A stretch of 64,000 nt of DNA from contig NC_057754.1 of NCBI RefSeq assembly GCF_004010195.1, positions 5,302,228 through 5,366,227 on the forward strand, in the 5' to 3' direction. Under the pieces are notes generated by a model that was not told where the DNA came from, made no database searches, and saw nothing but the letters and a program-made list of their open reading frames with translations. The position numbers were made by a program, and so were the translations under genes. Shown piece by piece: positions 11,201 to 22,430 of this stretch. The stretch comes from Chiloscyllium plagiosum (lineage: Eukaryota). Numbering within the stretch: position 1 is the stretch's first letter; each line of letters begins with the position of its first letter.

Positions 11201-13870
11201 TGGATTAAATGTTACAGGCCCCATTTGGAATATTGCGTGCAGTTCTGGTCACCACGCTACCAGGAGGACATGGAAGCGTTTGGAGAGGGTGCAGAGAAGG
11301 ATTACCAGGATATTTCCTGGTCTGGAGGGTTTTAGTTATGGGGAAGAGGTTGGATAAACTCATTGTTTTCTCTGGTAAGATGGAAGCTGAGGGGGTGACC
11401 TGATGGAGCTCGGAAAAATTACGAGGGGAATAGATGAGCTGGATATTCAGGGGCTTTATCTTCAGGGTGGAAAGGTCAATTACAAGAGGTTGCAAGTTCA
11501 TGGTAAGGTAAGGAAAGTTTAGCGGAGAAGTGCAGGGAAAAATCTTCCCCATGGAGGCTGGTGGGTGTCTGCAGACACATTTGCAACATTTTACTCCTAT
11601 CTCAATAGGCACGTGAATGGGAGGCAAACAGAGGGATAGAAACTGGGCACAGGCAATTTGGGATGGATTGTGGCTCAGAGGGCAACACACAGGCAGTGAT
11701 GTTCCCAACGGATTCGCTGTTCTTGTCCTTCCAGATGGTAGAGCTTGTGGGTGTGGAATGAAGGAGGCTGGATTGTTCCAGTCATGGCTGCCAAGGTGGA
11801 AAGTAGGGGATTATGGTTGGTGTTGGATGGATCTCATGAATATTCCATAAACTCATTGCAGTTTAGCTGCTTCATCCTGAACAAACCACATCCCATCCCA
11901 GCAGACCCCTGTCCTGTTATATAACATTACACAGCTACAGGGCCACGAAATGTTTATGCTCTACAGAAATCTCCACATCTCCTCATCTCACCCCAGCAGC
12001 GTAATTCTTCTCTACCTTTCTGGCTTGTGGATATCCAACTACCCCTCTATCACTGTGGCTACACCTACACCAACATGGATTGGAACAGTTCAAGAATAGC
12101 ATGTCCACTTCTAGTCGCCCATTTATAGGAAGGATATTATTAAGCTGGAGGAGGTTCAGAAGAGATTTACCAGGATGTTGCCAGGTATGAAAGGTTTGAG
12201 TTATAAAGAAAGGCTGGATAGTTTTCCACTCGAGTGTAGGTGGTTGAGAGGTGACCTGATAGAAGTTTATAAAATGATGAAAGGTATAAATAGAGTTCTT
12301 GGCAGTTGTCTTCTCCCTAGGTGGGAGGATTTCAAGCCTAGGGGACACATTTTTAAGGTGAGAGGAGAGAGATTTTAAAAAGACATGAGGGGCAGTTTCT
12401 TTACACAGAGAGTGGTTCATGTCTGGAATGACCTTCCAGAGGAAGTGGTGGATGTGGGTACAGTCACAATGTTTAAAAGACATTTGGATAAAGACATGAG
12501 TAGGAAAGGGTTTGGAGGGATATGGGCCAGGAGCAGGCAGGTGGGTCTGGTTTAGTCTGGGATTATGGTCGGAATGGACTTATCACTCTATAAGGAGGCA
12601 GGCTCTTTAAGGGCAATTAGGAATAAACTCTAGTTTAGTCAGCACTGCTCAAAGGCCAAGAGTGAATAAGAAAGTTCAACCTTGTGATTCATCTCAAGCG
12701 ACTGTGTATTCTATCTCACCTGTCCCTAAATTCTTGATTGGAGTTATCCAGCAACTGTCCCCTACTCATACAGCATGGAAACAGACCCTTCAGTCCAACT
12801 TGTCTGTGCTGACCAAGTATCCTAAACTGAACTAGTCCTATTTGTTAATGAAATAATATTAATGTAATCCCATAGTCTGGCCTCGCCTTGAAACAGAAAT
12901 GAATTTCTCTATGTCAGAGCTATCAAACTCCATTCTAATTGTCAAGACCTCTGTGCAGGCAAAGAGCTCTCAACCTGTGTGACCTTCCCTGATGGGTATC
13001 TTGAGGTTCAAGTCCATAACTCCCTGAAAGTGGCCGGGCAAGTAGACAGGGTGGTAAAGAGGGAGTATGGCATGCTTGCCTTTATCAGTTGTGGAACTGA
13101 GTACAAGAGTCAGGATGTCCCCTTGGAACTTTATAAGACTTTGATTAGGCCATACTTGTGTTCAATTCCGGTCACTACATTACAGGAAGGATGTGGAGGC
13201 TTTGGAGAGGGCGCAGAAGAGGTTTACCAGGATGCTGCCTGGATTAGAGGGTATGAGCTATAAGGAGAGGCTGGAAAAACTCGGGCTGTTTTCTCTGGAG
13301 CAGCGGAGGCTGACGGGAGACTTGATAGAAGTCTCTAAACTTATGAGATGCATCGATATAGGGTTGACCATCAGAATATTTTTCCCAGAGTTGAAATGTC
13401 TCATCCCGGGGGCACATGTTTCAGGTGAGATGGGGAAAGTTCAAAGGAGATGTGAGGGGGACGTTTTTACACTGAGAGTGGTAGGAGTGTGGAACGGGGT
13501 GCCGGGGGGTGGTGGTGGAGGCAGATATGACTGGGGCGTACAAGGGGCTTTCCGATAAGCATATGAATATGCAAGGAATGGAGGGATATGGACCAAATGG
13601 CAGGCAGAAGGGATTAGTTGAATTTGGTGTCATATTCAGCACAACATTGTGGGGCAAACTGCCCATTCCTGTTCTGTGTTCTATGTATAACCTCTCAGTC
13701 ATGGTATCATCTTTGTCAATCTTTTCTCAAAGGGTGACCTGAAGAGAACCTTTGGAGAAGAGGAAACATTTTCCTATGACGCTGTTCAAAAGAGGATATA
13801 TCTGTACAGAAGCGTGTGGGACGCATCTGGCAAAAAGCTGGCTGTGATGGACATCATGCTATTCCAGCAG
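2166..13870 (+). CDS. Ependymin-like secreted protein, first three coding exons only: join(2166-2235,6487-6521,13733-13870)
   Basis: Spliced product: MAAALFICSLFFLGALGSAPKPCTSPDLLEGQRYIGDLKRTFGEEETFSYDAVQKRIYLYRSVWDASGKKLAVMDIMLFQQ. It has a signal peptide, the P-x-P-C-x-x-P-x-x-x-x-G N-terminal motif, the FSYD..KR motif and the 'LFQ' exon end, all typical of ependymin/EPDR proteins. Junctions are GT-AG with phases 1,0,0. Confidence 0.8.
2960..3428 (+). repeat. 53-bp tandem array (~9 units) inside an HE1/V-SINE copy (~2830-3550)
   Basis: Unit GGGATGTGCAGGTTAGGGTGGATTGGCCGTGCTAAATTGTCCCATAGTGYCCA. Confidence 0.9.
6487..6521 (+). CDS. Ependymin-like 35-nt micro-exon (TSPDLLEGQRYI)
   Basis: Strong acceptor ttttgtctcttacag and donor ATC|gtgagt; phases fit both neighbours. 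Confidence 0.78.
6600..8680 (+). mobile_element. Longer degenerate CR1 LINE ORF2 fragment
   Basis: RFYKYIKGKR, YMDFSKAFDKVP, QMEFNLVKCEVLHFG with frameshifts. Confidence 0.9.
8850..9530 (-). mobile_element. Penelope-like (GIY-YIG) 3' fragment
   Basis: CICCSQSGVLYIGETKQR motif in ORF 8987-9523. Confidence 0.7.
10385..10900 (-). mobile_element. Rex1/Babar-type LINE 3' fragment
   Basis: Minus strand reads IESILSRCITAWYGN...HPLPSGR...NSFFPAVIRLLN, typical of the Rex1/Babar RT C-terminus. Confidence 0.65.
11205..13690 (+). mobile_element. Three CR1 3' fragments (~11205-11700, 12110-12590, 12995-13690)
   Basis: Repeated LERVQKRFTRMLPG / RGDLIEVYK motifs. Confidence 0.85.
13733..13870 (+). CDS. 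Ependymin-like exon (FSYDAVQKRI ... IMLFQQ)
   Basis: cttttctcaaag| 138 nt open frame |gtgggt. Confidence 0.8.
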
Positions 13871-14109
13871 GTGGGTTCATTGGGCTTATGAGAACCTGAA
13901 ATTCAACTTGGAAAGCACAAGGTCCCCCTGTCTCCCAAATCTTGACCCATCAAAGTGACTGCCTCTGGAATTTTGTCAACCGTGCACCAGAAAAGGAAGG
14001 CCTGCCTCAACTTTGTTCCATGCTGAGGGAAATAAGTACTGGAATGATTTCCACTAGTGATTCAAACAACAAGCTCCCCACTCCAGGGTAGAAATATGTA
14101 AAACCGTTC

Positions 14110-16135
14110 ACATCAAACACTGCCCGGGACAGGGACAGCACGGGGTTAGATACTGAGTAAAGCTACCTCTACACTGTCCCCCCCATCAAACGCTCCCCAG
14201 GACAAGGACAGCACGGGTTTAGATACAGAGTAAAGCTCCCTCTACACTGTCCATATCAAACACTCCCCAGGATAGGGACAGCACGGGATTAGTTGCAGAG
14301 TAAAGTTCCCTCTGCACTGTTCCCGCATCAAACACTCCCCAGGACAGGTTCAGCACAGGGTTAGATATAGGGTAAAGCTCTTTCTACACTGTCCCCCATC
14401 AAACACTCCCAGTTGGATGCGAGCATAGGAGGTACAGTTAGTAAGTTTGCAAACGATACCAAAATTGGAGGTGTAGTGGACAGCAAAGAGGGTTACCTCA
14501 GATTATAACAGGATCTTGACCAGATGGGCCAATGGACTGAGAAGTGGCAGATGGAGTTTAATTCAGATAAATGCGACGTGCTGCATTTTGGAAAAGCAAA
14601 TCTTAGCAGGAATTATACACTTAATGGTAAGGTCCTAGGGAGTGTTGCTGAACAAAGAGACCTTGGAGTGCAGGTTCATAGCTCCTTGAAAGTGGAGTCG
14701 CAGGTAGATAGGATAGTGAAGAAGGCATTTGGTATGCTTTCCTTTATTGGTCANNNNNNNNNNNNNNNNNNNNNNNNNNNNNNNNNNNNNNNNNNNNNNN
14801 NNNNNNNNNNNNNNNNNNNNNNNNNNNNNNNNNNNNNNNNNNNNNNNNNNNNNNNNNNNNNNNNNNNNNNNNNNNNNNNNNNNNNNNNNNNNNNNNNNNN
14901 NNNNNNNNNNNNNNNNNNNNNNNNNNNNNNNNNNNGAACTAGAGGGCATAGGTTTAGGGTGAGAGGGGAAAGATATAAAAGAGACCTAAGGGGCAACATT
15001 TTCACACAGAGGGTGGTACGTGTATGGAATGAGCTGCCAGAGGATGTGGTGGAGGCTGGTACAATTGCAACATTTAAGACGCATTTGGATGGGTATATGA
15101 ATAGAAAGGGTTTGGAGGGATACGGGCCGGTGCTGGCAGGTGGGACTAGACTGGGTTGGGATATCTGGTCGGCATGGACGGGTTGGACCAAAGGGTCTGT
15201 TTCCGTGCTGTCCAGCTCTATGACTGTATGACTCTATGACAGGGACAGCGTGGGGTTAAATACAGAGTAAAACTCCCTCTACACTGTCCCTATCAAACAC
15301 CGCCCAGGACAGGGATAGCAGGACAGGGATAGCAGGGAGTTACATACAGAGTAAAGCTCCCTCTGCACTGTCCCCCATCAAACACTCCCCAGAACAGGGA
15401 CAGCATGGGGTTAGATACAGAGTAAAGCTCTCTCTACAGTGTTCCCATCGAACACTCCCAGGACAAGGATAACAGGTGATTAGATACAGAGTAAAGCTCC
15501 ATCTACACTGTCCCCTATCAAACACTGCCAGTACAGGGATAGCAGGGAGTTAGATGCAGAGCAAAGCTCCCTCTACAGTGTCCCCATCGAACACTCCCAC
15601 GACAGGGATAGCAGGGGGTTAGATACAGAGTAAAGCTCTCTCTACATTGTCCCCATCAAAAGCTTTCAGGACAGGGACAGCATACGGTTGGATACAGGTT
15701 GATGCTCCCTCTACACTGTCCCCCATCAAACACTCCCCAGGACAGGGACAGCACGGGGTTAGATACAGAGTAAAGCTGCCTCTACACTGTCCCCCATCAA
15801 ACACTCCCTAGGACAGGGACAGCATGGGGTCAGATACAGAGTAAAGCTCTCTCTACACTGTCCCCAGTAAATACACCTGGGACAGGGACAGCACGCGGTT
15901 AGATACAGAGTAAAGCTACCTCTGCACTGTCCCCCATCAAACACTCCCCAGGACAGGGACAGCATGGGGTTAGATACAGGTTAAAGCTACCTCTACACTG
16001 TCCCCAGTAAATACACCCCAGGACAGGGACAGCACGGGGTTAGATACAGAGTAAACCTCCTTCTGCTCTTCTGGACTGCAAGTAAAGCTCCTTCGACACT
16101 GTCCCATCAAACACTTCGCAGGACAGATACAGCAT
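14110..16135. repeat. ~70-bp minisatellite (about 4 + 13 units) split by a CR1 insertion
   Basis: Unit TACAGAGTAAAGCTCCCTCTACACTGTCCCCCATCAAACACTCCCAGGACAGGGACAGCACGGGGTTAGA; starts at 15761, 15832, 15901, 15972, 16042. Confidence 0.93.
14413..15238 (+). mobile_element. 5'-truncated CR1/HER1-type LINE, young-looking
   Basis: RT C-terminus (KFA.DTKIGG, WQMEFNSDKCDVLHFG, RDLGVQVH, FTQRVVRVWNELP) and (CTATGACT)n-like tail. Confidence 0.92.
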
Positions 16136-16421
16136 AGGCCCAATAATGACCCACTTTCTAATCCCATTCCATCTACATTTTGTTTAAAGTCTCTGTGAAC
16201 AATTCTACAAGTGATCCTACAGCCCCCTGTGTCATTGTTGTTATGAAATGTAGCCATTAGCATCAATGGAATTCCACTAGATGCTGTGTTCTATTGTGGT
16301 TTCTGAAGTCAAAAATGCTTGGTAAATCGTCAATCAAGGTGCGCCGAGTGAATTAGCACACTCGCGACAAATGCATGTGTGAGACTTTGAGGTCAATGAA
16401 TGGAGTATTTTCCATGAGGCA

Positions 16422-16921
16422 NNNNNNNNNNNNNNNNNNNNNNNNNNNNNNNNNNNNNNNNNNNNNNNNNNNNNNNNNNNNNNNNNNNNNNNNNNNNNNN
16501 NNNNNNNNNNNNNNNNNNNNNNNNNNNNNNNNNNNNNNNNNNNNNNNNNNNNNNNNNNNNNNNNNNNNNNNNNNNNNNNNNNNNNNNNNNNNNNNNNNNN
16601 NNNNNNNNNNNNNNNNNNNNNNNNNNNNNNNNNNNNNNNNNNNNNNNNNNNNNNNNNNNNNNNNNNNNNNNNNNNNNNNNNNNNNNNNNNNNNNNNNNNN
16701 NNNNNNNNNNNNNNNNNNNNNNNNNNNNNNNNNNNNNNNNNNNNNNNNNNNNNNNNNNNNNNNNNNNNNNNNNNNNNNNNNNNNNNNNNNNNNNNNNNNN
16801 NNNNNNNNNNNNNNNNNNNNNNNNNNNNNNNNNNNNNNNNNNNNNNNNNNNNNNNNNNNNNNNNNNNNNNNNNNNNNNNNNNNNNNNNNNNNNNNNNNNN
16901 NNNNNNNNNNNNNNNNNNNNN
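16422..16921. other. Assembly gap of exactly 500 N (other gaps: 14754-14935, 22665-23189, 24231-24864)
   Basis: Round length suggests a scaffolding placeholder of unknown true size. Confidence 0.85.
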
Positions 16922-17214
16922 TTGAGAGCCAAATCTGGCTCAGGTTCTCTTGGGGTGCTGGATCTCATTGGTCAGAAATTCTCTCACAGCAAGACCAAGC
17001 CAGTTGCTCACGGACCAAAGAGAGAGTTGACATCGTTTTCTCTTTACCTTGAGCAGCAAGTGGGGTGGTGGCTCAATGGTTAGCACCACTCCCTCACAGG
17101 AACTGGGACCAAGGTGCAAGCCCACCCTCAGGTGACTGTCTGTGTGGAGTTTGCACGTTCTCCCCGTGTTTGTGCAGGTTTCATCCAGGTACTCCAATTT
17201 CCTCCCACGATTCA

Positions 17215-17500
17215 GGGATGTGCATGCTAGGGTGGGGTGGATTGGCCGTGCAAAATTGTCCCATAGTGTCCAGGGATGTGCAGGTTAGGGTGGATTGGCC
17301 GTGCTAAATTGTCTCATAGTGTCGAGGGATGTGCAGGTTAGGGTGGATTGGCCGTACTAAATTGTCTCATAATGTCGAGGGATGTGCAGGTTAGGGTGGA
17401 TTGGCCGTGCTAAATTGTCCCATAGTGCCCAGGGATGTGCAGGTTAGGTTGGATCGGCCGTGCTAAATTGTCTCATAGTGCCCAGGGATGTGCAGGTCAG
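17215..17500 (+). repeat. 53-bp tandem array (~5 units) inside an HE1/V-SINE copy (~17064-17630)
   Basis: Same unit; SINE head GGTGGCTCAATGGTTAGCAC at ~17067. Confidence 0.9.
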
Positions 17501-20500
17501 GTGCATTAGTCAGGGGTAAATATTGAGTAATAGGTTGGGGGAATGGGTCTGGGTGGGTTATTCTTCGGAGGGTCAGTGTGGCCTTGTTGGGCCGAAGGGC
17601 CTTGTTTCCATCTTGTAGAGTTCTATGATTCTGTTCAATGATAATCGAAAAATTGTTGCAGTGGCCTGTTGATGATTTCTTTTGAAAGCACAGTTCCACA
17701 ACAATGTGAAATAAGGGCCTGGTAAATAGCACAGTGCCTCGTGCCTCAGTAACCTTTCTCCTGGTTCATCAATGCATACCAGTTGTAAATATTTCACCAG
17801 TGCGTGCTCCCCCATTACATGTTTGCGCTGTGGAATATGTTCTATTTGACATTAACTAGTCTTCCGGAGCACTCCCAGCACACGAAAGGACAGTTGAAAA
17901 CACTTTCCAAGCAACAATGAAACAGACCCATCGGTCCATCTAGTCAAGGCTAATCAGGAAATCTAAATTAATCTCGTCCCATTTGCTGGCATTTGGTTCA
18001 TATCCCTCTAAACCGTTCCTATTCTTGTACCCATCCAGATGCCTTCTAAATGTTGTAAACAACAGCTTGTTAAAGCCTCTCTGGACTATTCAGCCTCTAG
18101 TGGTCATGGCTGATCTGATATGGCTTACGGGTCCATTTTCCTGACAGTCACTCCGCAATATTTGATTCCCTTGTCAACTAAACGTGAACTGACTGGCTCG
18201 TTCGGACATTTCGGAGGGCAGTTGAGAGTCAACTACGTCACTGAGGCTCTGGAATCACGTGTAGGCCAGACTGGGTAAGGATGTCAGATTTCCCTCCCTC
18301 AAGGACATGACTGAATCCATTGGGTGCTTTTTCTCCACTCACGGGATGATAACGTTGCTGGCTAGGCCCAGCATTTACTGCCCATCCCTAATTGCCCAGA
18401 GGGCAGTTTTCAGAGACAGCCACATCGCTGTGGGTCTGGAGTCACGTGTAGACCACATTGGGTAAGGATGGCAGTTTCCTTCCCTAAAGGACATCAGTTA
18501 ACCAGCTGGGTTTCCCCAACAATCAGCAATGACTTCATGGTCATCATTAGACTCTAAATAGACTGGGACTTTTTTTCCCCTGGAGCATCGGATACTGAAG
18601 GGTGACCTTATAGAGGTCTATAAAATCACAAGGAAAATATATAAGGCAGTTGGCCAACAGCTTTTCCCCATGGTAGGGGAGTCTAAAATTCGAGGGCACA
18701 GGTTTAAGGTGAAAGCTGAGAGATACAAATGGGTCTAGAGGATGCAATTTGTTCACACAGAGGGTGGTGAGTGTCTGGACCAGGCAGAGGTAGTGGTGGA
18801 GGTGAGTACAGTTTTGTCATTTAAGAAACATTCAGACAGGTCCATGGATGGGATGGGTCTGGAGGGATATGGACCAAATGCAGGCAAATGGGACGAGTTT
18901 AATTTCTGAAAACTGGGCGGCATGGACAGGTTGGGCTGAAGGGCCTGTTTTCATGCTGTAAACTTCTATGACCTCATCACAGTAGGGGGAGGGGTGGGGA
19001 AGCTAAAGCAAAATACTGCAGGTTCTATAGCTCTGGCAAATTAAACAACGTTAGAAGGACTCAGTACGGCCAGACCACATCAGCGAAGAGAAATACAGAT
19101 TGAAATGCTGGCTTCTCTTTCTCTCTTACCTCCTGATCAGTGCAGCACTTCCAACATTTTCCATCTGAGCCACAGAGGGTTAAGTTGTTTACGGGGCTCT
19201 GCCAGGTTTCTGCAGGTCAACAAACTTGCACGTGTTGACATGAGCACAGTTTCACATAGAGGGAGATCTTAGACAAGAGCTCATGTCAATGTGCTTCTTG
19301 GGTCAGTGGGCAAGGAGTTTGACGGAGGACAGAGGGCCCATGCTTTTCCACCCTCTCTCTGACCGACTCGGCTGATCCCTACCCGAGAACAGCCTCTGTG
19401 AATCCTGGCTCCTTTCTGACAAAGAATTCCCTGCCCTCGCGACCTTGCGGGTAAGTGGATTTAGTGGCTAATACTCGCATCCAGTATTGTCCCGTTGTCT
19501 CTCCTGCCTGTGCATGTTCTTGTGACAGTGTGTGTGCCTGAGTCTGTCATCTCTCAACAGAGGTAGGAACAAGTTACTGCAGACTCAGGGATCTCCACTG
19601 AAAACAACACACGCTAGAGATCACAGCGGGGCCAGACACAAATCCACAAGCTGATGTTTCGCGTCTGGAGGTGGGGTGGTTGGTGGGTCTCAGGTGCTGG
19701 GGGAGAGAAGAGATGTTGATAGTTCAGGTTATGTGATCGGAATGTAAGAACGCTGGGACGATGGCATGTCCTTTCCAAGTCTGGGAGGAGACACACTGTT
19801 GTTCTGCCACTCTCACATTCCGATCACTCCATCTGAACTGTCAACGTCAGCACCCTGTACCCACCAACCCTCAACACCCGCTCCACCCCACCCTAAAATA
19901 AAACTATAGCATAAACGCTGTCCCCTCCAGGCTTCACTTCAGCTCTGGTGAGGTATCGCCTGGACGCAGAACGTTCGCTTGCTCTTTCTCTGTGAATCCA
20001 TGCCTCAGCAGTACTCTGTTGGTGCCTACGTGTTCACTTCTGGTCACTGTTTCTTCAACTGCGACAGAAGTCCCATAAAGACCCCCTGCTCTTGCTTGGT
20101 CATCTGCGCCAGCTTTATTGCTCCCACCAGACTGAGGGACACCGACTGGCTTGATTGCGGTGGTGTTTTGTTTCGATTTTTAAAATAATATTCATCCTGG
20201 CAGATTCACAGACTGGCTGGGATTTGATCTCAGCCTCTCGCTGTTTTGCTTGTTGGATGAAGCAACAACTTCCCCAATGTTCTCCATCTTTTCAGCGGGT
20301 TTGTGAGGGGCATTAATTGAAAGGGCGTCCGTTGTGAAAGGATGTTGGCGTTGAGCATGTTGTGTGTGGTCACTTCCACCAGTGGGGAGCTGGAGTAAGC
20401 CGCTTAGCTCAGCTCCCTCGGACCTGCTGTGACATCCAGGCACGGTCAGGGATATTCTGTCTGCGGCCTCAACGATATGTTCCTGCTTGGCCCCTGTTCC

Positions 20501-21077
20501 CAAGACAGAGAGGGGTCAACAGCTCAGGTTACCCTGAAGTAGACTCCTTCCCAACCTCTCCCCTCGGTTGAGGCATGGTGACCATCAGGTTAAACCATCA
20601 CCATTTGTCTCTCTCTCTCTCTCTAGTCCCTAGACTGTGGCAACTCTCCCTCTTATTTTAGTCTCTTCTGCAAGGGAAAACATCCAATCCAGCATCAATT
20701 CCCTTCAGGATCTTATTTTTAAAATCTTCTTTTCCTCTTTCCCTCATTCGCAGGATGAGGGTTAGCATTTATTGCCCATCCCTAATTGCCCACAAGGCAG
20801 TTAAAAGTCAACCACATTGCTGTGAGTCTGGAGTCACAGGTAGGCCCAGACCAGGCAAGGATGGCAGTTTCCCTCCCTTAAGGACCCTTGATGAACATGG
20901 TGGGCGTTGCCGACAATGGATTCACAATCATCATTAGGGTCTTAATTCCAGATTTAGCTAAATTGAATTCAAACTCCACCATCTGCTGCAGCAAGATTTG
21001 AAGCCCAGTTAATCCAGTTACTTTGGATTAACAGACCAGCGATAATACCAGCAGGCCATTTTCTACCCCCCAATATT

Positions 21078-22299
21078 TGTTAAGGACCGGACCCAACCCC
21101 CTGAAAATATTTTAAGAAGGTAGCCGAGATCAGCCATTCTCAACCGGCGCCAAATGGCCCCCTTTGGGGTCCTGGCACATTTGAAGGGGGCCATAGACTG
21201 AAAACTGTGAGAAGGGGAGCCCCAAGGGCTTATGGAGGCCCTGGTAACGGAACCGATGAAATACCCAAGCAACAACCATCACTGGAATCAATAGTTGCCC
21301 TCCTATTTATACTATCTTTCCAACGCACAGTTCGAATTCAGCGCAACTGGTAAATTAGTTGCTTAAGCTCCTCCCACACAGCCAGGCAAAATCCAGGAAC
21401 AGAATTGATTTCGCAACGAGAGGTGACCTTTGACTGTCGTTGTCTAATCTGGAGCCCGATATCATGAAACTTGCAAAAAAGCACCAAGTTCAAGGATAGC
21501 TTTAGGCCCGATAGATGTTTAATTTCACACAGTCTGTTTTTCAAGTTTTGTCCAGTATGTCGCAACGTCCCAGTTTTCTTGGTGATCAATGATAAATGGT
21601 TTTCTGTCTATCTGTTTGTGTTGTATTCCTGTTTGAAAGGGAGGGCCTGGAACCTGAGAAGAGCTCCTAGGGGGCCGTGGCAAACAAAAAAGTTGAGAAT
21701 CACTGGCCTTGACCCTAAGTTTTTCTTATTTATAAAGGCAAGTATAAAGTGTCTGTTCCCGATGCAACGCAACTGGTCAAACTACTTGACATTAAGCAAA
21801 AGACAATTTATTCGAATACTGTAGATGAATTACAACCAAAAATAAAACAGAATAATTTAACACTATTGGAATACTTAAGCAGATAATAGGTACAGTTAAC
21901 AATAAGGAACAAACTGTTCCAGTTTAGTAACATGCCATAAACACAAAAGGCAGGTTTCAGATGTACAGATTTGTCTCAGAGGTAACTCAGCTGCAGAGAG
22001 AGAAACCCCAGCTTTGAGCTGTAACCGAGAGAGGGAAACGATAGCTTCTGCATCTTCAAAACTCCTGCCTTGTGGAGACTCCAACAGCAGCTGCCTAAAG
22101 CTAAACCTAAAAACAAAACGAGAGACCCTGGTCTGTGAGAGCTGGCCACACCCGTCCAGGCTGCTTCTATTGTTCCAACTTTTAAAAAAGCTCAAGGCCT
22201 CACTTTACTGGCATTCCAACTAGACAGGTCAGCGCCTTGGTCTTAAAATCTCTCTTTAAAAAAGAACTGGATAAAATAACCATTTAAAGCATTGTCACA
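21078..22299 (-). mobile_element. Solo LTR related to the 28.4-kb LTR family, interrupted by a MITE
   Basis: Minus strand begins TGTGACAATGC and ends GGTCCTTAACA, like the full element's LTR termini; flanks TATT/AATT are an imperfect 4-bp TSD. Confidence 0.7.
21131..21705. mobile_element. Non-autonomous hAT (Charlie-like) DNA transposon/MITE
   Basis: Terminal inverted repeats CAGCCATTCTCAAC / GTTGAGAATCACTG; degenerate 8-bp TSD gccgagat / gccttgac. Confidence 0.7.
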
Positions 22300-22390
22300 A
22301 ATTTACACATGGGATTCAAAGTTTGTGAGAAGATTTGTAGCTCGGGTGCTCGTTGTTGTGGTTCTGTTCGCCGAGCTGGGAATTTGTGTT

Positions 22391-22430
22391 GCAGACGTTT
22401 CGTCCCCTGTCTAGGTGACATCCTCAGTGC
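22391..22430 (-). ncRNA. Minimal type-I hammerhead ribozyme motif in the Penelope terminus
   Basis: Minus strand GCA-CTGAGGA-T-GTCACCT-AGAC-AGGGGAC-GAAA-CGTC-TGC: core boxes CUGAnGA and GAAA, stem II hairpin, palindromic mini stem III, GUC cleavage triplet, 3-bp stem I (GCA/TGC). Confidence 0.7.
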
